From positions 256,001 to 320,000 of the forward strand of contig CAWDOD010000004.1 of the NCBI GenBank assembly GCA_963803805.1: DNA of 64,000 bases, written 5' to 3'. This document shows, one piece after another, positions 52,994 to 62,350 of the stretch. The notes beneath the pieces are model-generated. The model saw only the letters and a list, made by a program, of their open reading frames with translations. It did not search any database and was not told the origin of the DNA. This stretch comes from an uncultured cyanobacterium. Its GTDB lineage: Bacteria > Cyanobacteriota > Cyanobacteriia > Cyanobacteriales > CAWCAG01. How positions within the stretch are numbered: position 1 is the first letter of the stretch; every line of letters starts with the position of its first letter. The translations under genes were made by a program, and so were the position numbers.

Positions 52994-53836
52994 ATGACTT
53001 CCACTGTTATTAAAGCAACAGCAAACACCTACATCAAATCTGAAATTCAAGAGGCATTACAATTGCCTGAAACTCAAAAGACTGTCATCTCCAAAGATAC
53101 AGTATTAGAACTTACAGATATTGCAGGGCTTGATCGTTCTCACTATCAAATCACTCTCAAAGAGCCTCTTAAAGAATTCGCTCTTTCCACTGGTTTTGTC
53201 TTCGCTCCCCACTGGGGTATTGTCAGTAGTGATGATCCTGACATCTTAAAAGAGTCAGCACCAAAGCACAAAAATCCAGCAGTACAAAGACAAATAGACC
53301 GGATAAGCAAGTATTTGCCAGTTGCTCTGTCCCTAAATCTAGAGACAAAAACTAAGTATTTTAGCCAACGTGACAACTATACAATGCCCCATCGAACCTG
53401 CTGTAGTAGTAGCAATGCTATGTATTTGGACTGGCTGTTGCGGGTGACAGGAAAAGCAGGATTAGATAGTGATAACGGCTATCTTAAAAAAGTTTTGGCT
53501 AACGGCGATACGATCTATCACCATGTACAGAGCGAGACTATTGCTGAGTATGGTTTCAAGACAAAATGGATGACCGATGCTGATTTAGACTTCGTTGAAG
53601 ATTTGGTAGATACCGGTTTTCCTGTAGTGGTGAATATCCTGCACCGTGGTAGTACAGCTAAACCCCGTGGTGGACACATTATTATGTTGATTGCCCGCAA
53701 AAACGGCTACTGGCTTGCCCATGACCCCTATGGCACATTAGAATCGCAATATTCCGTCACTAGGGGTGAGTACAGCCGAATCAGTGAAAGAGAATTTGCT
53801 ATCAGATGGCAAGGTGGTTACAGAATTCTTAAGTAA
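52994..53836 (+). CDS. C39-like (papain-fold) peptidase with an N-terminal SH3-like domain
   Basis: YFSQRDN (Q), RTCCSSS (C), GGHII (H) and HDPYG (D); AGGAG RBS. Confidence 0.8.
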   Translation: MTSTVIKATANTYIKSEIQEALQLPETQKTVISKDTVLELTDIAGLDRSHYQITLKEPLKEFALSTGFVFAPHWGIVSSDDPDILKESAPKHKNPAVQRQIDRISKYLPVALSLNLETKTKYFSQRDNYTMPHRTCCSSSNAMYLDWLLRVTGKAGLDSDNGYLKKVLANGDTIYHHVQSETIAEYGFKTKWMTDADLDFVEDLVDTGFPVVVNILHRGSTAKPRGGHIIMLIARKNGYWLAHDPYGTLESQYSVTRGEYSRISEREFAIRWQGGYRILK

Positions 53837-54010
53837 CAGGACTAGGGAAGCTAGGGATTAAGATTTATGGGCTTTAACTCAGTATCAAATACCCCATAAA
53901 CTAAAATTTGTTGAGAAACCAGCTTCCCTTTAATTGAAGGCAGAACTAGCAATGTTCTGTTTGAATTTAAACCTCTAGTTACTTCATAGTTTTTATTTCT
54001 GGGAATTAAG

Positions 54011-57000
54011 ATGAACCGTAATATCTATGCACTTTTGGTAGGAATTGATGAATATCCTGAGCCTGTCTCTTCTTTAAATGGCTGTGTTAACGATATCCAG
54101 ACCATACAAAACTATTTGCAAGAGCGAGTTGCAAAGGATGGATATCAACTTCATCTATATAAACTCTTGAATCAAAAAGCTACCCGTCAGGGCATTATTG
54201 ATGGGTTCCGAGGACATCTATGTAAGGCTCAGAAAAATGACATTGTTCTTTTTTACTACAGTGGTCATGGTTCTCAAGAACAGGCCCCAGAAGAGTTTTG
54301 GATAGTAGAACCAGATAGACTTAATGAAACTCTAGTTTGTTATGACAGTCGCTCGGGAGGAGGCTGGGATTTAGCTGATAAAGAATTAGCTAAACTTATT
54401 GCTGAAGTATCAACAACACAACCACACATCACAATTATTCTCGATTGCTGTCATTCTGGTGCTGGAACAAAAGACCCTCTGCAAGAAACAAAGGTTCGTC
54501 AGGCTAATACAGACAAGCGCAAACGCCCCATTGATAGCTTTTTGTTTAACTTAGCAGACCTAGAGCAATTATCTGACATTGCTAGTATAGAAGAGCATCC
54601 TACAGGCTGGAGAATTCCTAAAGGTCGTCATATTCTTTTAGGGGCTTGCCAAGCTAGTCAAAAGGCTAAGGAATTTAACGGAGAGGGAGAACAAAGGGGA
54701 GCTTTTTCTTATTTTTTATTAGATACATTGCAGCAAGCAACTGGAAAGTTAACCTATCGGGATCTGTTCAACCGGGCAAAAGCTATCATTAGTGGCCAAG
54801 TTGAGGCTCAACTTCCTCAACTAGAAGTTAATAATGCAGGGGACGAAAATCAGTTTTTCCTAGATGGTGCGATCGCAGAACGGACTCCCTATTTTACAGT
54901 TAGTTATAGCGTGAACTATGGCTGGATTATGGATGGGGGTGCTGTTCACGGTCTTCAAAGTCCTTCTCAGGGCGAAACAATTGTACTGGCCCTGTTTCCC
55001 TTTGATAGCCCTGCTCAAGATTTACGGGAACCTTCAAAATCTATTGGAGAAGCGAAAGTCATTGAAGTTTTGCCCCAGCTAAGTAAAATCGAAATTAGTG
55101 GAGTTGAGAACCTATATTCTGATACAACTAAAACCTTCAAAGCTGTTATCATCAGTATACCTTTGCCCCCCTTAGGAGTTTATTTTGGAGGAGAGCAAGG
55201 GGGAGTTAAGTTAGCTCGTGAGGCAATTAACTCAGCCGGGCTGGACAGTCAACCCTCAGTCTATATTCGAGAAGAACAGGAACTAAGCCAAGCACAATTT
55301 CGTTTACTGTGCCGCAATAACCAATACGTAATTACTCGTCCCGCCAATGGCCGTCCTCTGGTTGCTCAAATTGAGGGATATACCCCCGAAAATGCCCAGA
55401 AAGCCATACGAAGATTAGAACATATTGCCCGGTGGAATGCGATCGCTCAACTCTCCAGTTCGAGAAATGGTGTAATTAAAGTCGGGGATATTGAGATGAA
55501 GGTTATCTTCGATGATCCCGAACTTTCTCAATCAGGACAGATGCGTCTACCATACAAGTACGAGAATGGTAACTGGAAGCCTTCTTATTTTCGGCTCAAA
55601 CTGATAAATCATAGCAGGAAGCCCCTCTACTGTGCTTTAGTCAATTTAACAGAACGTTTCGCTGTTAGCGCTCCTTTTTTTGATACAGGTAGTGTGCGGC
55701 TAGACCCTGGGGAGGAGATTTGGGCTTTCGATGGAGATGAAATTATATTCAAAGTACCTGATGAATTATGGCAACAGGGGGTTACGGAGTACAAAGACAT
55801 TATTAAATTGATTGTTTGTACGGCTGAATTTGATGCTCGGTTAATGGCGCAAAAAGCCCTAGATATTCCTCGTCTTACCCAAAGAGATGTTCCGCCTCCC
55901 CAGCAAAATTCCCTAGACCGTTTGCTGAATCGAGTACAAAGCCGCGATATTGAACGTGGAGGTAAGGGTAGTTATGAAGATTGGTTTGCAGATGCTATCA
56001 CCATTACCACAGTTCGTCCCTTAGACAATATACCAGTGTCAGCAACAAGGGGAATAAACTTAGCCCAGGGAGTTAAATTACAGCCTCACCCTAGCTTAGA
56101 AGCTCATGCCCATTTAACTACAGTTCCCCAAGTTAGTTGGGATTTAGGAGGTGCGATCGCACCTCCCATTTTGCGGGAAGACCCTCAAGTTAGCCAAACT
56201 TTTCAATTCACCGCCAGTCGCGGTACAGATCCTGGTTTAAGTGTACTAGAGTTAACTCAAGTTGAAGACCATACCGTTGTCACTCCCGATACCCCTTTGA
56301 GGTTATGGGTTGATGCTCCATTAGAAGAAAATGAATACCTCTTACCTGTTGCCTACGATGGTGAGTTTTTTCTCCCCCTAGGTCACACTCAAAAAACGAA
56401 AGGAAGCGTAGAAGTAGAGCTAGAGCGACTACCCCAACCCTACAGTCAGGAGCGTAGTGTACAAGGTTCTATAAAAATTATGTTTCATAAGATCAGCGCC
56501 GAAAAGTTCGGTGGGGGATACGAATATCCCCTACTACGTGTGGCCCAAGTCGCATCGGACGAAACCATCACCTATATTACCGATAAAGAGCAAATTAAAG
56601 AATTAGTTAAGAATAGCAAGAAAGTTTTGCTCTATATTCATGGCATTCTTGGGGATACCGACAATATGGTCAAGAGTGTTCAAAGGGCGAAAACAACTTT
56701 AAATGGAGAAGAACATCCCCTCAAAGACAACTATGACTTAGTGCTAACTTTCGACTACGAGAATATCAATACCTCCATCGAAGAGAATGCCCGTCATCTA
56801 AAGAAGCGTCTCGAAGAAGTTGGCTTGAAGCCTAATCGCCACAGAGTATTACATATTGTTGCTCATTCAATGGGAGGGTTAGTATCTCGTTGGTTCATTG
56901 AGCGAGAAGGTGGTCATAAATTCGTGCAACATTTGGTGATGTTGGGTACACCAAATGCAGGCTCCCCTTGGTCAACAGTTCAAGAGTGGGTCACATTTGC

Positions 57001-57490
57001 TTTAGCCCTCGGCATCAATGGTCTTTCGGAGATTTTTTTGCCTGGGAAAATATTGGGGAGCTTAGTTAACGCTATTGAAGATGTGGATGTCTCTCTAGAC
57101 CAAATGAAACCAGGGTCTGAATTCCTCGAATCCTTAGCTGCAAGTCCCAAAGATCCGCGTATTCCCTACTCAGTTATTGCTGGTAATACTTCTTTGAAAG
57201 CTCTGGCTGTAAATGGAGAAGAATTGAGCAAAGTTAAACGGCTCACAGAAAAGTTATTCCGCCGAGTTGTAGAATCTCCCTTCTCCGGTGTAGCGAACGA
57301 TATCGCGGTAACAGTGCAGAGCATTAAGAGTATTCCAGAAAAGAGGAAGATTGCTCCCCAAATACAAGAAATTGCCTGTGATCATCTGACTTATTTTGAT
57401 ACCCCAGAAGGGTTGAACGCTTTAAGTCAGGCTTTAAGTCAGGCTTTAACCCAACAACAAGATAGTACTTTTTTAGGTTTTAGATTTTAG
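54011..57490 (+). CDS. Caspase-family (C14) protease fused to a C-terminal alpha/beta hydrolase
   Basis: FYYSGHGS and ILDCCHSG dyad; C-terminal YIHGILG, VAHSMGG, LGTPNAGS, NDIAV and CDH lipase-like motifs. Confidence 0.9.
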   Translation: MNRNIYALLVGIDEYPEPVSSLNGCVNDIQTIQNYLQERVAKDGYQLHLYKLLNQKATRQGIIDGFRGHLCKAQKNDIVLFYYSGHGSQEQAPEEFWIVEPDRLNETLVCYDSRSGGGWDLADKELAKLIAEVSTTQPHITIILDCCHSGAGTKDPLQETKVRQANTDKRKRPIDSFLFNLADLEQLSDIASIEEHPTGWRIPKGRHILLGACQASQKAKEFNGEGEQRGAFSYFLLDTLQQATGKLTYRDLFNRAKAIISGQVEAQLPQLEVNNAGDENQFFLDGAIAERTPYFTVSYSVNYGWIMDGGAVHGLQSPSQGETIVLALFPFDSPAQDLREPSKSIGEAKVIEVLPQLSKIEISGVENLYSDTTKTFKAVIISIPLPPLGVYFGGEQGGVKLAREAINSAGLDSQPSVYIREEQELSQAQFRLLCRNNQYVITRPANGRPLVAQIEGYTPENAQKAIRRLEHIARWNAIAQLSSSRNGVIKVGDIEMKVIFDDPELSQSGQMRLPYKYENGNWKPSYFRLKLINHSRKPLYCALVNLTERFAVSAPFFDTGSVRLDPGEEIWAFDGDEIIFKVPDELWQQGVTEYKDIIKLIVCTAEFDARLMAQKALDIPRLTQRDVPPPQQNSLDRLLNRVQSRDIERGGKGSYEDWFADAITITTVRPLDNIPVSATRGINLAQGVKLQPHPSLEAHAHLTTVPQVSWDLGGAIAPPILREDPQVSQTFQFTASRGTDPGLSVLELTQVEDHTVVTPDTPLRLWVDAPLEENEYLLPVAYDGEFFLPLGHTQKTKGSVEVELERLPQPYSQERSVQGSIKIMFHKISAEKFGGGYEYPLLRVAQVASDETITYITDKEQIKELVKNSKKVLLYIHGILGDTDNMVKSVQRAKTTLNGEEHPLKDNYDLVLTFDYENINTSIEENARHLKKRLEEVGLKPNRHRVLHIVAHSMGGLVSRWFIEREGGHKFVQHLVMLGTPNAGSPWSTVQEWVTFALALGINGLSEIFLPGKILGSLVNAIEDVDVSLDQMKPGSEFLESLAASPKDPRIPYSVIAGNTSLKALAVNGEELSKVKRLTEKLFRRVVESPFSGVANDIAVTVQSIKSIPEKRKIAPQIQEIACDHLTYFDTPEGLNALSQALSQALTQQQDSTFLGFRF

Positions 57491-57781
57491 ATGGAAAGAT
57501 TAATATCTAGCTTAAACTTATTGCTTATTACTTTTGCTAAGTACTATTTCCGGCTTTGGTAAATACAAGTATGATTTTCTTTCCCATTTCCCACATGAAG
57601 TTTAACTAGCTTTTTCGATGCTAATAGCTAATAGCTATAGGCGTTTCGCGTATGCGTTGCCGCAGGCTAGCCTTGTCGTTAGACTAAGCTACGAACAGAA
57701 ACATTTTGTACATCATATGCTCAATTACCAACGCCCTATTCCCAAACATCAGGTACTTTGCATTTCATGAATTTTTGAACC

Positions 57782-60700
57782 ATGTCCAAACATAAGTTTC
57801 AACGTAACTTTGCTTTTATCGTTGGTATCGACAAATATTACAACGGTATTCGTCCCCTAAAAACTGCCGTCAACGATGCCAAAAAGCTTACAGAAACCCT
57901 GCGGATTAAGCACGGCTATAAAGTGTGGATCTGTTTGGATGAACAGGCTACCCTCAAGGAGTTGATGGGATTTATCGAAAAAACTCTACCCCAACAAGTT
58001 AAGGCCGATGACCGTTTGCTGTTTTACTTTGCAGGTCATGGAGTTGCCCTTAATGACGATGATGGCCTCGAAGGTTACTTACTTCCCCAAGATGCTTCCC
58101 GTGATAATCGAGATAGCTATTTACCGATGAAGAAGCTACACGATGCTTTGAGTCAATTGCCCTGTCGTCACTTCTTAGGTATTCTTGATTGTTGTTTTGC
58201 AGGTGCTTTCCGTTCTTCAATTACTAGGGATGTAATTGTTCCTAGCAAAATGTATAGAGAGAGGTATGACCGCTTTATTGCTGACCCCGCTTGGCAAGTT
58301 ATTACTTCTGCTGCCTATAACCAAAAAGCCTTAGATAATTTTAATTTCCCAGAACGGGGTCAAATTGGCAATCATTCTCCCTTTGCCACAGTTCTCTTGG
58401 AAGCCCTAGAGGGGGCAGCAGACGCTTATCCCCCGCCTAGCAATGGTAAGCCCCAAGGAGATGGGGTGATTACAGCAATGGAACTCTGTTCCTATTTGCG
58501 TGACCGAGTGGAAACTCTCACAGAAGCCTTTGCTGTTCGCCAAACTCCCGATCTCCATCCCCTTAAAAAACACGACAATGGACAGTATATTTTCCTCACT
58601 CCAGGACACAAACTCAATTTACCTGCTGCCCCTCCACTCAACGAAGCTCAAAATCCTTACCGAGGTTTAAAGTCTTTTAATGAAAAACACAGCGACTTTT
58701 TCTTTGGGCGTAGTGAACTCACCCAAGGGTTAAAGAGTTTTGTCGAAACTAATTCTCTAACTGTGGTATTGGGTGCTAGTGGTTCAGGAAAATCTAGTTT
58801 AGTTAAAGCAGGCTTAATTCCCCAATTGAAGCAGGAAACTAACCCAAGGTGGCAGATCTTGTCACCCATACGTCCTGGAGAAAGACCATTTCAGGCTCTA
58901 AATCAGGCTCTAGACAACGCTGAACTTGGGGAAGTAGACTGGCAAAGTCCCCAAAAGACTCTGAGTGAAAGTATTACAGTTTGGGCAAAGAAACATTCTG
59001 ATTTCCAGCTATTGATTTTTATCGACCAAAGTGAAGAACTCATTACTATGTGTGCCGATAAAAACGAGCGCACTGCATTTTTCCAGCAGATACTAACAGC
59101 ACTAATAGAACATCGCCATCAATTGAGGATTGTGTTAAGCCTCCGTTCTGACTTTGAACCCCAAGTTAGGGATGCAGGCTTACAATTTGCTTGCGAGGGA
59201 TTAAACATGAGAAATACATTAATCCAGAGACGTTGGCAAAGTGGAAGGTTTATTGTTCCAGCGATGACACGGGCGGAGCTGCGGGAAGTGATCGAGAAGC
59301 CTGCTGAAGCCATGGTGATGTATTTTGAACCCTACGACTTAGTAGATCAATTAATTGAGGAAGTAGCAAATATGCCAGGAGCTTTGCCTCTACTTTCTTT
59401 TGCCTTAAGTGAACTGTATTTGAAATATTTAGAGCGACAACGGGAGGCCCAGTATAGCGGTAAACTAATTGAACGAAGTCTCATTCAAGCAGACTATGAC
59501 AAATTGGGGGGAGTAATTCAATCTCTGACCCAAAGGGCAGATGAGGAATATAATCAGCTAGTTAGAGAAAACTCCGACTACGAACCTGTTATCCGTCATG
59601 TAATGCTGCGGATGGTGGCTCTTGGTGGTGGAGAATTAGCCCGTCGGCGTGTTCCTTTGTCGGAATTAGCCTATCCAGCAGAGAAAAAAGATTTAGCAGA
59701 CGAAGTTATCGAGCGCTTTAGCAAAGCTAGGTTATTAGTTAAAGGGCAAGATGAGGAAAAAAATCCCTATGTGGAGCCGGCCCATGATGCTTTGGTACGG
59801 GGATGGGCAAAACTTTTATCCTGGAAACGAGAAGCTGAAGAGAGTTTACTGCTGCAACGGCGCTTAACTCAAGCAGTCTTTAACTGGAAAAAGCTTGCCA
59901 GGGAAGAACAACAACTATCTGGGTTTCAAGCTACAGCTAAACCTTTCATCGATTGGTTAGATGGCAAACTCAATATCCTCGAAGACTTTGGCAATAAGTT
60001 TAATCCTCGACTTGATGATCATTTTCTCCGGTTATGGTATGGAGTATCAAAGGAACAAGAGGGCTTGGAAGATCAACCAACAAGGCTTCTGTGGCACAAT
60101 GATGCTCATTTGGATAGGTTGGATGAAACTTTGGACTCTGATGATAATTGGTTAAATCAGTTAGAAACTGAGTTTGTCAAGAAAAGCATTGTCCGCAAAC
60201 GCCAGAATCATAATTGGCGGTGGCGAATTGCGATCGCAGTTATGGCAGGATTAAGTCTGTTGACCCTTTGGGCTTCATTTAATCTGAGAAGGGCCCAGAT
60301 GCAAGAAGTTAGTGCCTTGATGGAAGCTTCTGATGGTAATATTGTCTCAGATTTTGGTGGGGGTAAAATAGATGGAATAGTGGCAGCGTTTCGAGCCAAG
60401 GAAAATTTTGACCGTATTTGGTTTGCAGACCGTCATACCCGTACTCAAGTTGAACACAACCTGTCGAATACTGTTCATAATGTAGCTGACCCCAACACTC
60501 TGGGAAGACACGCAAACGCCCTTACCGATGTTAGCTTTAGTCATAAGGATAAGATGTTAGCCTCTGCTAGTTGGGATAACACGATTAAACTCTGGGATGC
60601 TAATACTGGAAAAGAAATTCATACTCTCAAGGGTCATACGAATGCTGTTATGAGTGTTAGCTTTGGTAGTGATGATAAGACATTGGCTTCTGGCAGTTTC

Positions 60701-62278
60701 GACGGCACAGCAAAACTTTGGGATGTTAACACTGGAGAAGAAATTTATACTCTTACCGGCCATAAAAATATTGTCAAAAGTGTCAGCCTTAGTTCTAAGC
60801 GCAAGATGTTGGCTTCTGGCAGTTTCGACAACACAATCATACTCTGGGATACTTCCACTGGAGGAAAAATTCATACCCTTAAAGGCCATGAAGATGTGGT
60901 CGAGGATGTCACTTTTAGTCTTGATGGCAAGATGTTAGCTTCTGCTAGTCGCGACGACACAGTAAAAATTTGGAATACCACTACCGGAGAAGAAATTCAT
61001 ACCTTCACCGGAGATAAAGGACATAAAGAAGATGTTAAAAGCGTTAGCTTCAACACTGATGGAACTCTAGCTTCGGTGAGTGCTGATAATACAGTGAAAT
61101 TATGGGATATCAAAGATAGGAAACTAATTAATACCTTTGAGGGAAATCAGATGGGAGATATTGATGTTGTGGATGTAACCTTCAGTGCTGATAGTGAAAT
61201 TTTAGCCTTTGCAACTACCGATAATCAAGTAATACTAAAATTCAAAAAAAATAACCAAGAATCAAAAGGCAGGGAAGATGTAGTTATTAGAAATGGTGTT
61301 CAAAGTATTAGCTTGAGTCCTGATGGCAAGAGGCTAGCTTCTGCTAGTAATGACTGGACGGTGAAACTTTGGGATACTCAAACAGGCAAGCGAATTAGAA
61401 CCTTTACTGCCCATACAAATGATGTTCAAAGTGTTAGTTTTAGTCATGATAGTAAGATGCTAGCTTCTGCTAGTGAGGATAATACTGTTAAAGTTTGGGA
61501 TACCAACACACGCCAGGAAATTAAAACCTTTACTGAACATGAAAGAAAAGTTTGGGATGTTAGTTTTAGTCCTAATAGAAAGATGCTTGCTTCTGCTAGT
61601 AGCGACAAGACAGTTAAACTTTGGCATATAGATAAATCCGAAGCTGTTCGTACCTTCAAGGGACATGATAGTACTGTTTGGGGTGTTAGTTTTAGCCCTG
61701 ATAGTCAGATGCTTGCTTCTGCTAGTAGCGACAAGACAGTTAAACTTTGGCATAGAGATAAACTCGAAGCTGTTCGTACCTTCAAAGGACATATAAATGC
61801 AGTATATGGAGTAAGCTTTAGCCCAGATGGAAAAATGCTTGCTTCTGCCAGTTTTGACAAAACAGTGAGACTTTGGGACATCAAGACAGGTAAGGAGATT
61901 CAAACCTTTGCTGGCCATGAAGGTGCAGTACGTGGAGTAAGCTTTAGCCCCAATGGAAAAATGCTCGCTTCTGCTGGTGACGATAATACAGTAAAGCTTT
62001 GGGACATCAAGACAGGTAAGGAGATTCAAACCCTTACTGGACATACAGATAATATTCGAGGGGTAAGCTTTAGCCCAGATGGAAAAATGCTTGCTTCTGC
62101 TGGTGATGACAATATGGTCAGGTTGTGGCAGTTGGATGTTGATTATTTAGTTAAGGAAGGGTGTACTTTTATCTCCGAATATTTTAAAAATAATCCTCCT
62201 GAAAACAACAGGGATAAGCAATTATGCAACAATATGGATCACGACGACCAACAAGTAATACGAGATTCTGTTTGGTAG
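57782..62278 (+). CDS. Caspase (C14)-STAND NTPase (nSTAND1-like)-TM-WD40 protein
   Basis: FYFAGHG and LDCCFAG; NPYRGL, GASGSGKSS, IDQSEEL, LRSDF and LPLLSFAL; one TM helix; about 13 WD40 repeats. Confidence 0.92.
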   Translation: MSKHKFQRNFAFIVGIDKYYNGIRPLKTAVNDAKKLTETLRIKHGYKVWICLDEQATLKELMGFIEKTLPQQVKADDRLLFYFAGHGVALNDDDGLEGYLLPQDASRDNRDSYLPMKKLHDALSQLPCRHFLGILDCCFAGAFRSSITRDVIVPSKMYRERYDRFIADPAWQVITSAAYNQKALDNFNFPERGQIGNHSPFATVLLEALEGAADAYPPPSNGKPQGDGVITAMELCSYLRDRVETLTEAFAVRQTPDLHPLKKHDNGQYIFLTPGHKLNLPAAPPLNEAQNPYRGLKSFNEKHSDFFFGRSELTQGLKSFVETNSLTVVLGASGSGKSSLVKAGLIPQLKQETNPRWQILSPIRPGERPFQALNQALDNAELGEVDWQSPQKTLSESITVWAKKHSDFQLLIFIDQSEELITMCADKNERTAFFQQILTALIEHRHQLRIVLSLRSDFEPQVRDAGLQFACEGLNMRNTLIQRRWQSGRFIVPAMTRAELREVIEKPAEAMVMYFEPYDLVDQLIEEVANMPGALPLLSFALSELYLKYLERQREAQYSGKLIERSLIQADYDKLGGVIQSLTQRADEEYNQLVRENSDYEPVIRHVMLRMVALGGGELARRRVPLSELAYPAEKKDLADEVIERFSKARLLVKGQDEEKNPYVEPAHDALVRGWAKLLSWKREAEESLLLQRRLTQAVFNWKKLAREEQQLSGFQATAKPFIDWLDGKLNILEDFGNKFNPRLDDHFLRLWYGVSKEQEGLEDQPTRLLWHNDAHLDRLDETLDSDDNWLNQLETEFVKKSIVRKRQNHNWRWRIAIAVMAGLSLLTLWASFNLRRAQMQEVSALMEASDGNIVSDFGGGKIDGIVAAFRAKENFDRIWFADRHTRTQVEHNLSNTVHNVADPNTLGRHANALTDVSFSHKDKMLASASWDNTIKLWDANTGKEIHTLKGHTNAVMSVSFGSDDKTLASGSFDGTAKLWDVNTGEEIYTLTGHKNIVKSVSLSSKRKMLASGSFDNTIILWDTSTGGKIHTLKGHEDVVEDVTFSLDGKMLASASRDDTVKIWNTTTGEEIHTFTGDKGHKEDVKSVSFNTDGTLASVSADNTVKLWDIKDRKLINTFEGNQMGDIDVVDVTFSADSEILAFATTDNQVILKFKKNNQESKGREDVVIRNGVQSISLSPDGKRLASASNDWTVKLWDTQTGKRIRTFTAHTNDVQSVSFSHDSKMLASASEDNTVKVWDTNTRQEIKTFTEHERKVWDVSFSPNRKMLASASSDKTVKLWHIDKSEAVRTFKGHDSTVWGVSFSPDSQMLASASSDKTVKLWHRDKLEAVRTFKGHINAVYGVSFSPDGKMLASASFDKTVRLWDIKTGKEIQTFAGHEGAVRGVSFSPNGKMLASAGDDNTVKLWDIKTGKEIQTLTGHTDNIRGVSFSPDGKMLASAGDDNMVRLWQLDVDYLVKEGCTFISEYFKNNPPENNRDKQLCNNMDHDDQQVIRDSVW

Positions 62279-62350
62279 CGCAGGTTTCCTTGATAGCGGG
62301 TTTTTAAGAACCAGATTTGGCATCATTACAAATAATTCTTGAGTAAGAAA

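Noticed and set aside
57419-57449. 12-bp tandem repeat GCTTTAAGTCAG near the end of the caspase-lipase gene
   Set aside because: In-frame micro-duplication (ALSQALSQALTQ) in a terminal tail with no evident functional consequence.
61550-62130. Regularly spaced DNA repeats suggesting a CRISPR array
   Set aside because: The 126-bp period is in-frame WD40 coding sequence; no cas genes or unique spacers.
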